Virus record (IMG/VR): IMGVR_UViG_3300048579_000027
Span: 1 to 46,790 of that record
DNA length: 46,790 bases
Strand: one strand, 5' to 3'
Source of the DNA: a virus
Shown: in pieces, positions 16,852-24,502 of the stretch
Numbering within the stretch: the first letter of the stretch is position 1
How the letters are laid out: the number at the start of each line of letters is the position of its first letter
Program-made: the position numbers and the translations under genes
The notes under the pieces: generated by a model
Told to the model about the DNA's origin: nothing
Databases searched by the model: none
The model's input: only the letters and a program-made list of their open reading frames with translations

Positions 16852-17496
16852 TCAGTAATCGGCGGAGGTGCGATCCTCGTTGGAGGCGTTGCCCTGCTCG
16901 TTGGAGTCCTCGCGGTCGAGTGCATCATCCACGTAACCGCCCTCCACCTCATCGAAGCCACCGCCCGTGCGCTCCGCTTCCTTGATGAGTTGCACGAGGC
17001 AGAAATCGAGACGGACGCCAGCCTGCTTGGTGGACTTCACGGCCACGTTGCGGGGTGCGTACATAGTGCGGATCGTCGCGCCTCCGAACACGTTGGCATT
17101 GGTCGCCTTGTTCTTGGAATCGCGGATGCCCATCTTGAACACCTTCACGGACCCATCGTGCAGGCGAATCTTGGCGTTCTGCTTGAACTTGAACACGAGA
17201 CGTCCGGTCGGATTGCCGTCATCGTCCGTCTCCTCCTCATAGGGATGGTAAACGGTCCATTTCTTCTTTTCGGCCCCCTTGATTTCGGGATTGTCGGTCA
17301 CCTCCTCCGCATAGGCCCGCTCACAGTCTGCGTCGATTTCCTTGCGGAACCCCTCCACGTCGGCCCCCTCCATAACGAGGCTCACGTGGTACACGCCGTC
17401 CTGGTTGTACTTCACGTCGGGCTTGTTGACCCACGAGTGGCGTGCAATGCCGATAGGCGACGGCCGGTACTGGGCCTTCCGTGTGCTGGTGGCCAT
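16852..17496 (-). CDS. Single-stranded DNA-binding protein (T7 gp2.5-like)
   Basis: 214 aa. N-terminal IARHSWVNKPDVKY resembles T7 gp2.5 AYIAKPDYG. Acidic C-terminal tail ends in an aromatic residue (..NEDRTSADY) as in gp2.5 (..DEDGDF). Confidence 0.8.
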   Translation of the reverse strand: MATSTRKAQYRPSPIGIARHSWVNKPDVKYNQDGVYHVSLVMEGADVEGFRKEIDADCERAYAEEVTDNPEIKGAEKKKWTVYHPYEEETDDDGNPTGRLVFKFKQNAKIRLHDGSVKVFKMGIRDSKNKATNANVFGGATIRTMYAPRNVAVKSTKQAGVRLDFCLVQLIKEAERTGGGFDEVEGGYVDDALDREDSNEQGNASNEDRTSADY

Positions 17497-17538
17497 TTGT
17501 GGAGGTCTCCGATAATGTCTTGAGTGGTGGGTTAACCG

Positions 17539-17706
17539 TTAGCCCATGCGGCTAATTAGGAAAATGCCGAAGATGAAGGCCCAGATGAGCCCAACGATGA
17601 TTGTGGGCATCCAGATGATCCACGCGGAAAGGTGTGCGAACTCCGGTACGGCGTACCACAAGACCAGGAGAACAACCTGAGCGAGGATGAGGAAGACGGC
17701 TCCCAT
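17539..17706 (-). CDS. 55-aa two-helix membrane protein (not in ORF track, below 60 aa)
   Basis: Translated by hand: MGAVFLILAQVVLLVLWYAVPEFAHLSAWIIWMPTIIVGLIWAFIFGIFLISRMG. The ATG overlaps the upstream stop (TAATG). Confidence 0.5.
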   Translation of the reverse strand: MGAVFLILAQVVLLVLWYAVPEFAHLSAWIIWMPTIIVGLIWAFIFGIFLISRMG

Positions 17707-17915
17707 TAGGCCACCTGTGAGGTTACCGCGAAGGTAGCCGTGGAGTACGTCTCCCCGGTCTGGGCTACGAGCCCCTCCGCCTTGAGTTGGGTGATGGTGT
17801 TATCCACCACGGTCTGGTCGATCCCTCCCGGTGAGACCTTCGCGGCAATCTCGGACGGTGTGAGTCCGGGGTTCGCGCGGATGGTCGCAAGGATGTTGGC
17901 GTATATGGAGGGCAT
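17706..17915 (-). CDS. Small hypothetical protein, possible winged-helix
   Basis: 69-aa ORF, start adjoining the upstream gene. Confidence 0.5.
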   Translation of the reverse strand: MPSIYANILATIRANPGLTPSEIAAKVSPGGIDQTVVDNTITQLKAEGLVAQTGETYSTATFAVTSQVA

Positions 17916-18169
17916 TAGCGGTTGTCTCCGAAGTGGGCACCCGTGATGATTGGTATGCGGAATACGCGCACGACAAGGCGCTGCATCCGGGTTAGTGGAG
18001 CCCTGCCCTGCATGATCGTGCGGTAGTGCCAGTTGAGGAACGAGACGGCCGCCTTGCGCGTTGCCTCCGTCATCACTGAGGCGTGCGGGCGGACTATCTT
18101 GATGGGCCCTTGTTCTGTGTATACCTCGGATGCCGCCAGTAATTTAGGCGCTTCCTTAAGGTTTTGCAT
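17915..18169 (-). CDS. Hypothetical protein (first gene after the large non-coding region)
   Basis: 84-aa ORF on the coding strand. Confidence 0.5.
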   Translation of the reverse strand: MQNLKEAPKLLAASEVYTEQGPIKIVRPHASVMTEATRKAAVSFLNWHYRTIMQGRAPLTRMQRLVVRVFRIPIITGAHFGDNR

Positions 18170-18691
18170 GTGACCGTGTTTGCGCTATGATGCCCATACG
18201 GTGAGAATTATGGAGGCTATTAGCCGCGCATTTCTCTACCGCGAGTTTGTTGACTTCCTTGGAGGGTATTCCGCTAAGTTACTGATAAACCTAGAGTTTC
18301 GTTTCAGAATATGTCTTATGCGAATCGCACTTAGACGGTTCTCTTTTTCGTTCAAACCCTTAGGCGAGTCTCTTGAGGTCACCTCTAGGCGTTATGGAAC
18401 GTGAAAAGGTGTCGTTGCAGTTGTGCCACAGGGTCTCCCCTACCATAGGGTGGTGCTCCGAAGGGCTTGAATTTGTGGACGCAGCACGAACGGGGGAGGT
18501 ACGGGGCGTGAACAAAACTGGGCGAGGCGCTCCAAGGAGATTAGCGCCAACAATCTCCCAGAATAACAGAACGGACCTGTATTTCTGCAATCGAGGTCGT
18601 TGCGAATGTAACCAACGCGGCCGGTGACCTCCTACAGCCACCATTTAAGCATCAAGGAATTAGCACCGCGTTAACCATGTTGCTGCGGGAA
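18170..18691 (-). promoter_or_regulatory. 520-nt low-GC non-coding region: candidate promoter cluster, replication origin or structured RNA
   Basis: No credible ORF. Hand counts give 26/60 GC for 18241-18300 and 24/60 for 18301-18360, against 44/60 for a typical coding line (40861-40920). Contains short palindromes and boxes shared with 26980-27058. Its position downstream of the RNAP gene mirrors the T7 primary origin and promoter region. Confidence 0.55.
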
Positions 18692-19294
18692 TTACCTCTG
18701 GCCCGGCCCCTTAAGCCGGCGAGGATTGGAGGCCCGCAGCATGACAAGCTCCATGGTCACATGGGCCTGGATATACCAATTGGAGGGCATCGCCCCGTGC
18801 ATGGTGCCGAACACTGGGATGTTCCACGCACCGTCAACATACTGGCCTCCGATGGGATGCCACGCATTGTAGTAGTTGATGCACCTCACCCCGGTTGGGC
18901 ACGAGTGCCACAGGGGTGCCCTGCCTGGATCAATCGTGATGACCAGCGCGGGCTTGCTCTTGAGGCGCGCGGCTTTCTTGAGCGCCGCATTGCCTCCCAT
19001 GGAGTGCCCTATCTCCACGGTGGCCACGTCGTTGGCGTACTTGCCGGCAATGTGTGCGTAGCGGGTGACCTTGAAGCCCGAGGCCGTGGTGATCTGCGCG
19101 ATGCCGTCCATGGGGCGCACCGTCCCGTACATCCCGAGGCCATCGTAAACCTTAGCCGTGGGTGCCGCCTCTTGGGCGCATGCGTGCGTCGGGATGGCCA
19201 GCGAGGCCAGCAATAGGATGACCACGAGGCCCAGCATCAAGCAGGCCGCGCGGAGCATGCGGAGTTCGGAGCAAGTGTCCTGGGCGTGCGTCAT
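18692..19294 (-). CDS. Exported alpha/beta-hydrolase (lipase/esterase-like serine hydrolase)
   Basis: 200 aa. Signal-peptide-like MLRAACLMLGLVVILLLASLAIPTHACAQEA. GHSMGG nucleophile elbow. Downstream ITIDPG and GTMHGAM are candidate Asp and His positions. Confidence 0.65.
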   Translation of the reverse strand: MTHAQDTCSELRMLRAACLMLGLVVILLLASLAIPTHACAQEAAPTAKVYDGLGMYGTVRPMDGIAQITTASGFKVTRYAHIAGKYANDVATVEIGHSMGGNAALKKAARLKSKPALVITIDPGRAPLWHSCPTGVRCINYYNAWHPIGGQYVDGAWNIPVFGTMHGAMPSNWYIQAHVTMELVMLRASNPRRLKGPGQR

Positions 19295-19617
19295 TGTCCA
19301 GTCTCCGCCTGTGCGTCTCCAGCGAGGCGGATACCTGCGAAGTCGCGGAGCACCTCCCCCGTGATGTTGGATTTCTGGTGGAAGGCCTCGGGAGCGAGTA
19401 TGCGCTTGCCAAGCTCGTGGGTCTCGGCCGGTGACAAGCCCAGGCGTCGAACGAACGCGGCGAACATGATGGCGGTCCCAGCGAGGGCCACCTCAGGCTC
19501 CTCGTTCTGGATGCGGTCGAGAAGTCCCATTGCGGACTTCATCGCATCGTCGCGCGACACCATGTGCAGCCGGTCCTTAGAGAACGGCCGCACGTGCCCC
19601 GTTGAGTTCGGCAGCAT
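19291..19617 (-). CDS. Hypothetical protein
   Basis: 108-aa ORF with GGGAGAC SD. ATGA overlap with the hydrolase gene. Confidence 0.55.
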   Translation of the reverse strand: MLPNSTGHVRPFSKDRLHMVSRDDAMKSAMGLLDRIQNEEPEVALAGTAIMFAAFVRRLGLSPAETHELGKRILAPEAFHQKSNITGEVLRDFAGIRLAGDAQAETGQ

Positions 19618-19626
19618 AGTGCAGTC

Positions 19627-19669
19627 TCCCGATGCCGTGAGAAATGCTTCTCAGGGTTCAACATCGGGA
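19627..19669 (-). promoter_or_regulatory. Two-tier hairpin overlapping the ribosome-binding site of the 19291-19617 gene
   Basis: The outer 8-bp stem pairs tcccgatg (19627-19634) with catcggga (19662-19669). The inner 6-bp stem pairs tgagaa (19638-19643) with ttctca (19648-19653). The SD (complement of 19625-19630) is partly inside the outer stem. Confidence 0.4.
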
Positions 19670-19718
19670 AGCCTCAACAGGCGCTAAGTCATTGATGAAA
19701 TTGAGAAAGCGAGAAGAA

Positions 19719-19874
19719 TCAGCGAGTTACAAAATCAGCGCGGGAAATCGCATGTTCAACCTCGCGCATCCAGTCCTCAAGCTGCTTGCGATGCTCCGCG
19801 TGGAGACGCGATGCGCAGCGTGTGCAGATGCAATCCGGGTGATGCTTGCGCTTACGCAAAGAAGTATTCGGCAT
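19719..19874 (-). CDS. 51-aa Cys/His-rich protein
   Basis: Start taken at MPNTSLRKRKHHPDCICTRCASRLHAEH (ATG at 19874). Overlaps the RNAP 3' end by 23 nt. Confidence 0.4.
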   Translation of the reverse strand: MPNTSLRKRKHHPDCICTRCASRLHAEHRKQLEDWMREVEHAISRADFVTR

Positions 19875-22554
19875 TGAGGACCTCCTCCAGAACCAAGTCA
19901 CCACGCTGCGGGACCTGGGGCACAATATCATCGGCCGCTTCCCACGCACGCTCAAGGCTCATCGCCTCCGTGGTCGTCGCCATCATGTGGTCGCGCAACA
20001 TAATCACGCAGCGCTGCCGAAACTCATCCATCACGTCCCGCTTGTGGACCCACACAAAGGCGTAGCGCAGCACATCATGTAGCTTGTCCATCTCGCCCGG
20101 CACGGAGCCGAACGAGTCGTGGATGGTGGTGAAGGGTGCGCCCCGGCTTGCCACTGCGAAGTTGATTGCGGTCTCCATGTTCACGCTCGCATCCATGGAG
20201 TGAACGAAATTCGGTGAGATGCCCTGCATCTGCTCGCGCTTGCTGAGGTCCTTGGTGCGCTCGTAATCCACTAGGCGCATCGTGCGGCCATCCACCTTGG
20301 TCTCAATGCGGCGCTCGCGGAGTTTGCCGTAGAAGTGCCGCACATGAAATCCGCTCGGTGTTGTCCACGTGATTGGTTGGTTCACTTGGGCGAGGACTTC
20401 GGCGCAATCCTGCAACCACCCCATCGCTATCATCCCCTGCTCCACCTTACCCTTCACGGACTCCCACGTCTGGTTGGCGATCCAAACGGTTTCCATGAAG
20501 TCCGCCTTGGAGCGTTCCTTTGGGTCCTCGATGGGCGGCAGGGGGACGTGCTTTCGGTCGGCGTCATACTTCTCAAGCCACTTCTGGACAGCGCCTATGT
20601 AGCTTTGCCGCGTGCCGCCGTAGGGCATGACCATGACGGGAGTCTTGGTGAACTTGCGGGGGGACGGAGCGTCGGGGCGCGTGAACAGCGCGGACCTCCA
20701 TGTAGCCGCCCGCTGTCCCGGTAATCCACCCGCCTCCTCCAGGACTTCAAGGCGCTCCTCAAGGTCCTCCGCCACTTCGCCGTAAATGTCGCGGGGTGCT
20801 TCGCTGGGGTAGAGGTTCACGGCCGCGCCTGCAACGGGGTCCCGCATCATGGCGCTCAAGTGCTGGATGCCGTTGCAGGTCCCGTCAACGCGGATGGGCA
20901 GCGCGGATATGGTGTGGTCTCCTTCCCCGCCGTCCACCGCACGGACGAACTCCAGGATAGCGGCGAGGAGTTGCCACGGGTTGTCGTCCATGCCCACCCA
21001 GTCCATGCATTGCAGGGGGTTCGCTGCGATCTTGCGCCAGAGGTCCATGCGCTCCGTGACCCACGCAACACGTTCCTCCCACGACACCTTGTCGATGCCC
21101 GCACAGTTGGCGAGATGCACCGCAAGCCACCACCCCCCGCGCTCGCCTAGCGGGCGGCCCTCAGCGAACGTCAAAAGGCCGCGCGCAAGGTCGTTACCCT
21201 GAGGTTGCAAGTAGGCCGGTATCGGATACATGCGGCCCCGGAAGTCGAGCACGTGAGGGAAATAGAACTCCTCGTTGCGGTACCGCTCCGCAAGCTGGAT
21301 GGTGGTGCGTACACTCATGCCCTGCGAGATGCGCCGCGCGTTCGCCCCGTAGACCTTCGCCGCGTCACGCTTCCAATCGCGGAACGCCTCGGGGTGCTCC
21401 TTAATCCACGCTTCCTCCGCGCGCGCGCGGTGCTCGCCTTTATGCTCCGCGCGGATCGCTTCCAGTTCGGCGGGGCGAGGTGGAATTGCGCTCGGCTCCT
21501 GCTTCGCGAGTCCCGCAATGCCAAGGTCGCGGTCCCACGCTTCTAGCACCCATCGGAGCACAGGCTGGTTGATGCGCCACGGCACCTCCTGCACTGCGGC
21601 GAGCGCAGAGTAGACTCGGGGCATGTCGAGGGAGTCGTATTCGTCGGTGGCGACACCTTGGGACTCCTCATTGTCGGCCTTGAAGCGAATGAGGTTCGGC
21701 ACACGGAGCACCCGCGTGTAGTAGCCACCTCGCCGCACACCTTCCCAGCGCTTCGGCGGAATGAGCGTAGGCATGAACTGCGGGCAACGCTCCGCGTCCT
21801 CCTCCGTGGCCTCCATCAAGTATTGGATGAGTTCGTCCGAGGGGACAATGCACGAGCGGGCGCGCTCCTTACCCGTTCGGATAAACGTGGGGTCCTCCTC
21901 AATGGAGAAGTGGCCCGTGGACAAGCTGAGTATCTCCACGAGTTTGAGCCCGGTATGTAGGCGCTCGTCGGGGCCCCAGTTGATCCACCCCACCTTGTCC
22001 TTGAGGAGTTTGTTGAAGCGGTTGATGTTGACGCGCTTCTTATGGGAGGCCGTGGCGCGCTGATTGCGGAGCGTCTTTTGGACTTCCTTCCAGAGCCCCG
22101 TGTCATCCTCCAGCCACGCCGATATGCGGGCCTCGTATTCAAGCGCCTGCCCTACCTCCTTAGCCACACCCAGGTGGCCCAACCGTTGGATGGTCATCGA
22201 GTCCAGCACCGTGCGGACCGTGATGTAGGAGGAAAGCTCGGGGGGCAGTGTCTTGAGTTTCGCGAAGGCGAGTGGCACGGCCCCGCCGTTGCGCTGGGAT
22301 TTGGCGGTTGCGTTGAGCCATACCTTGAGGCTCCGCGCCATGTCGGCCACGAGCGTTTCCATCACGCGGCGGTAGGGTCGAAGCTTCGTCATCTCAGGAT
22401 CGCGGCGGTTGCCCCGCGTGTCGGTCACATCGCCTCGGGCGCTTGCCAAACGGTCCCGGTAGCGGTCGGCTCCCCGTGTGACCATTTCGAGTTCGATGGC
22501 TACTTGATCGGCCCAGCGCGGGTGCCCCGCTGGGTCGTCCCCAGGTTTCCACAT
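19852..22554 (-). CDS. Single-subunit DNA-dependent RNA polymerase (T7 gp1-like)
   Basis: DGTCNGIQHLSAMMRD (T7 DGSCSGIQHFSAMLRD), HDSFG, C-terminal ..EYFFA (T7 ..DFAFA). Start set at the ATG at 22554 with AAGGGAG upstream. The track's GTG at 22632 lies inside a hairpin. Confidence 0.96.
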   Translation of the reverse strand: MWKPGDDPAGHPRWADQVAIELEMVTRGADRYRDRLASARGDVTDTRGNRRDPEMTKLRPYRRVMETLVADMARSLKVWLNATAKSQRNGGAVPLAFAKLKTLPPELSSYITVRTVLDSMTIQRLGHLGVAKEVGQALEYEARISAWLEDDTGLWKEVQKTLRNQRATASHKKRVNINRFNKLLKDKVGWINWGPDERLHTGLKLVEILSLSTGHFSIEEDPTFIRTGKERARSCIVPSDELIQYLMEATEEDAERCPQFMPTLIPPKRWEGVRRGGYYTRVLRVPNLIRFKADNEESQGVATDEYDSLDMPRVYSALAAVQEVPWRINQPVLRWVLEAWDRDLGIAGLAKQEPSAIPPRPAELEAIRAEHKGEHRARAEEAWIKEHPEAFRDWKRDAAKVYGANARRISQGMSVRTTIQLAERYRNEEFYFPHVLDFRGRMYPIPAYLQPQGNDLARGLLTFAEGRPLGERGGWWLAVHLANCAGIDKVSWEERVAWVTERMDLWRKIAANPLQCMDWVGMDDNPWQLLAAILEFVRAVDGGEGDHTISALPIRVDGTCNGIQHLSAMMRDPVAGAAVNLYPSEAPRDIYGEVAEDLEERLEVLEEAGGLPGQRAATWRSALFTRPDAPSPRKFTKTPVMVMPYGGTRQSYIGAVQKWLEKYDADRKHVPLPPIEDPKERSKADFMETVWIANQTWESVKGKVEQGMIAMGWLQDCAEVLAQVNQPITWTTPSGFHVRHFYGKLRERRIETKVDGRTMRLVDYERTKDLSKREQMQGISPNFVHSMDASVNMETAINFAVASRGAPFTTIHDSFGSVPGEMDKLHDVLRYAFVWVHKRDVMDEFRQRCVIMLRDHMMATTTEAMSLERAWEAADDIVPQVPQRGDLVLEEVLNAEYFFA

Positions 22555-22621
22555 TCCAGATAACTCCCTTGTGCTCAAAGGCGGGACACTTCGCAGGGCA
22601 TCCCAAGGGTATAGGTAGGCT

Positions 22622-22647
22622 GGAGGCCCCACGCCTCAGGGGCCTCC
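22622..22647 (-). promoter_or_regulatory. GC hairpin in the RNAP leader (processing, attenuation or termination candidate)
   Basis: The 9-bp stem pairs ggaggcccc (22622-22630) with ggggcctcc (22639-22647), with an 8-nt loop and no U-tract. Confidence 0.4.
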
Positions 22648-22659
22648 TAGTTGGTATCG

Positions 22660-22806
22660 TTAGGCTCTGGCCTCACGGAGGCGGAAAGCTGCACCACACA
22701 GGTACAGTAGGCCACGCCCATTGTGAGGCCTGTAAGCGCCCTTGCGGGGCTTCTTGTCGGTCCAATAGCCGTGCCGTCCACGTTCAACCCAGCGGCGCTT
22801 GAACAT
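22660..22806 (-). CDS. 48-aa basic peptide (not in ORF track)
   Basis: Translated by hand: MFKRRWVERGRHGYWTDKKPRKGAYRPHNGRGLLYLCGAAFRLREARA. The ATG is 2 nt after the upstream stop. Confidence 0.3.
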   Translation of the reverse strand: MFKRRWVERGRHGYWTDKKPRKGAYRPHNGRGLLYLCGAAFRLREARA

Positions 22807-22807
22807 C

Positions 22808-23212
22808 TTACGCACTCTTGTTGCCCGTCTTGGTGGTCAAGTAGACGTGGACCCCCGTGTATTTCTTGGTCTTGGGGTCGTACTGATCGGACAGGGCAAT
22901 GGTGAGGTTCTTGCGTTCCGTCTCCTTGCCCTTGGTTTTCTGCCACCCGTAGAACGAACGGCGGATGCGGTCCTTGATGGCGGCCGGCTTGATGGCATCG
23001 CCCTTCATGCCTCGCGCCTCGGTCCAGTATTCGAGCGGCACGGGAAGCATGTTGTTGGTGCTCACGTTCATCTCATCGAACGGGAACGGCCGTTCCACGG
23101 TGGATGCCCTGGGAATGACCGGGATGTCCTTTACCGTCTCCAGCTTGAACTTGAAGGCCTGCACCTTGGCGGTGTTGCTCTCGGGTGCCTTACTCGCTGC
23201 TGCCATTTGCAT
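22808..23212 (-). CDS. Hypothetical protein
   Basis: 134-aa ORF on the coding strand; AGGAGCAAATGCAA context before the ATG. Confidence 0.55.
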   Translation of the reverse strand: MQMAAASKAPESNTAKVQAFKFKLETVKDIPVIPRASTVERPFPFDEMNVSTNNMLPVPLEYWTEARGMKGDAIKPAAIKDRIRRSFYGWQKTKGKETERKNLTIALSDQYDPKTKKYTGVHVYLTTKTGNKSA

Positions 23213-23421
23213 TTGCTCCTCACTTACCTTGACCGTGGCGGGATGCCCCGGTTTCGCCCCTTGATGGTGCCCACTCCATGGAGCCCGTCAAGTAATCCTC
23301 TTTTCCTCACGTATGACTATGCCACCCTCGCGGTGCCTCCACCAACTGATGACATATAGCCTATCGTCTCGCTCCTGGATGCGCTGTCTTATGAGCGTGT
23401 AACCCTCTCGCGTGGTGTACA

Positions 23422-24279
23422 CTATGCCCACCTACGCATCTCCTCCGTGGTGAACTCGCCCCCGGTGAGCCGCAGGTATTCCAGCGTGGTTGCTGGGTCC
23501 TTGTGGCGCATCATCTGCTGGAGCACGGGGAGCGGCACGCCCTTGCCCGAACGGTCCCGCGCATAGGTGCGCCGCAGGGCCTTAGGCGTTGCCCCCTCGC
23601 CAAGGCCCAAAGTCTCCGCACACCGCGTCCACTGTGACCACAATTCCAGATAGGTCAGGGAGAATAACGGTTCCCGTGACGTAGCCGCTCCGAGGCATCC
23701 CACCTGGATGAACCGCTTGTGGGCTATCAGCGCAGCCGTCTCCCCTAGCGGTAGAGTTGCCTCCGATTGGACGTTCTTGGTGCCTGGTACAGACAGGGAC
23801 CACAACGTAAAGTCGGCCACGTCTACGAGGAAATGCGCGCGGGTACACCGTAGGGTTTCCTCCACACGCAACCCAGTGGCTACGGTCCAGTTCACGTAGT
23901 CCGTTAGGTCGTGGAGGCCCTCCCGTTGGGACCATGCAACCACCTCCTCATGCACTTGTGGTTTGAGCCACCATTTCGGTTTGCGTGGGACGCGCGGATA
24001 GGGCATCGGCGTAGGCTCTGGGCCTTTGTACCCGTGAGCCCGTGCTACCTCGTATAGGGTCGCGATGTGGGAGACCCTCGCGTAAATCGTTGGCGGTGCG
24101 AGCCCTTCCGACTCAAGCAGCGCGGTCAACGTGCGGATGTTCCCTTCGGTCAAGGTCTCAAGGGTCTTGTCCGGCCAGAACTCGCATAGGTCGCGGCACC
24201 ACCCGCGATAGGTGGGCTCCTTGCGGATGCCCTTCCACCGCGTGGTGAGGGCTAGCTGGCATGCATCACTTAGCTTCAT
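23422..24279 (-). CDS. int: Tyrosine recombinase / phage integrase
   Basis: TGLRVEETL (box I Arg), KALRRTYARD, and LQQMMRHKDPATTLEYL (His and the Tyr nucleophile). Start set at the ATG at 24279 (MKLSDAC) with GGGGGAG SD. Confidence 0.85.
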   Translation of the reverse strand: MKLSDACQLALTTRWKGIRKEPTYRGWCRDLCEFWPDKTLETLTEGNIRTLTALLESEGLAPPTIYARVSHIATLYEVARAHGYKGPEPTPMPYPRVPRKPKWWLKPQVHEEVVAWSQREGLHDLTDYVNWTVATGLRVEETLRCTRAHFLVDVADFTLWSLSVPGTKNVQSEATLPLGETAALIAHKRFIQVGCLGAATSREPLFSLTYLELWSQWTRCAETLGLGEGATPKALRRTYARDRSGKGVPLPVLQQMMRHKDPATTLEYLRLTGGEFTTEEMRRWA

Positions 24280-24418
24280 GGTCGCTCCCCCGTTCCTTGC
24301 TGCTAGCGATGTACTGGAGGCGCTCTCCGCAGTCGCGGCACCAATACGGTGCCTCGCGGTAGAGGTCCACAGGATCGCATTCCACCACGCAAACCAACGC
24401 ACACCCCTCGCACGTCAT
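24266..24418 (-). CDS. 50-aa Cys-rich (zinc-ribbon-like) protein overlapping the integrase start
   Basis: Translated by hand: MTCEGCALVCVVECDPVDLYREAPYWCRDCGERLQYIASSKERGSDHEAK. Has a CxxC...CxxC arrangement. 14-nt overlap with int. Weak RBS. Confidence 0.35.
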   Translation of the reverse strand: MTCEGCALVCVVECDPVDLYREAPYWCRDCGERLQYIASSKERGSDHEAK

Positions 24419-24452
24419 TAGGTGCCGCATTCCCGCCGTTCCCCGTTAGGCA

Positions 24453-24487
24453 ACACGGTGGAGCCCCGCTAAGGCACTCCACCGTGT
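24453..24487 (-). terminator. Perfect 11-bp hairpin downstream of the acidic early gene (terminator, processing site or attP-core candidate)
   Basis: acacggtggag (24453-24463) pairs with ctccaccgtgt (24477-24487), with a 13-nt loop. No U-tract follows on the minus-strand RNA. Confidence 0.4.
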
Positions 24488-24502
24488 CCCCGTATTGCGC
24501 TG

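Noticed and set aside
18360-18644. 94-aa minus-strand ORF inside the low-GC region, and the 64/74-aa plus-strand ORF at 18180-18404.
   Set aside because: The minus ORF has no RBS and an Arg/Trp/Pro-rich, non-protein-like translation. The plus ORF has a GGTGAG RBS-like string before the ATG at 18210, but its AT-rich codon usage and Phe/Leu/Arg-rich sequence show no recognisable fold or HTH. I kept it only as a remote possibility for a divergently transcribed regulator.
23213-23421. Search for a tRNA-gene fragment (the classic attP core of integrase-bearing T7-like phages) downstream of int.
   Set aside because: I could not recognise a T-arm/acceptor-like sequence (no GTTCRANNC-type loop with flanking complementary arms) by eye. 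That is not proof of absence and needs a database comparison.
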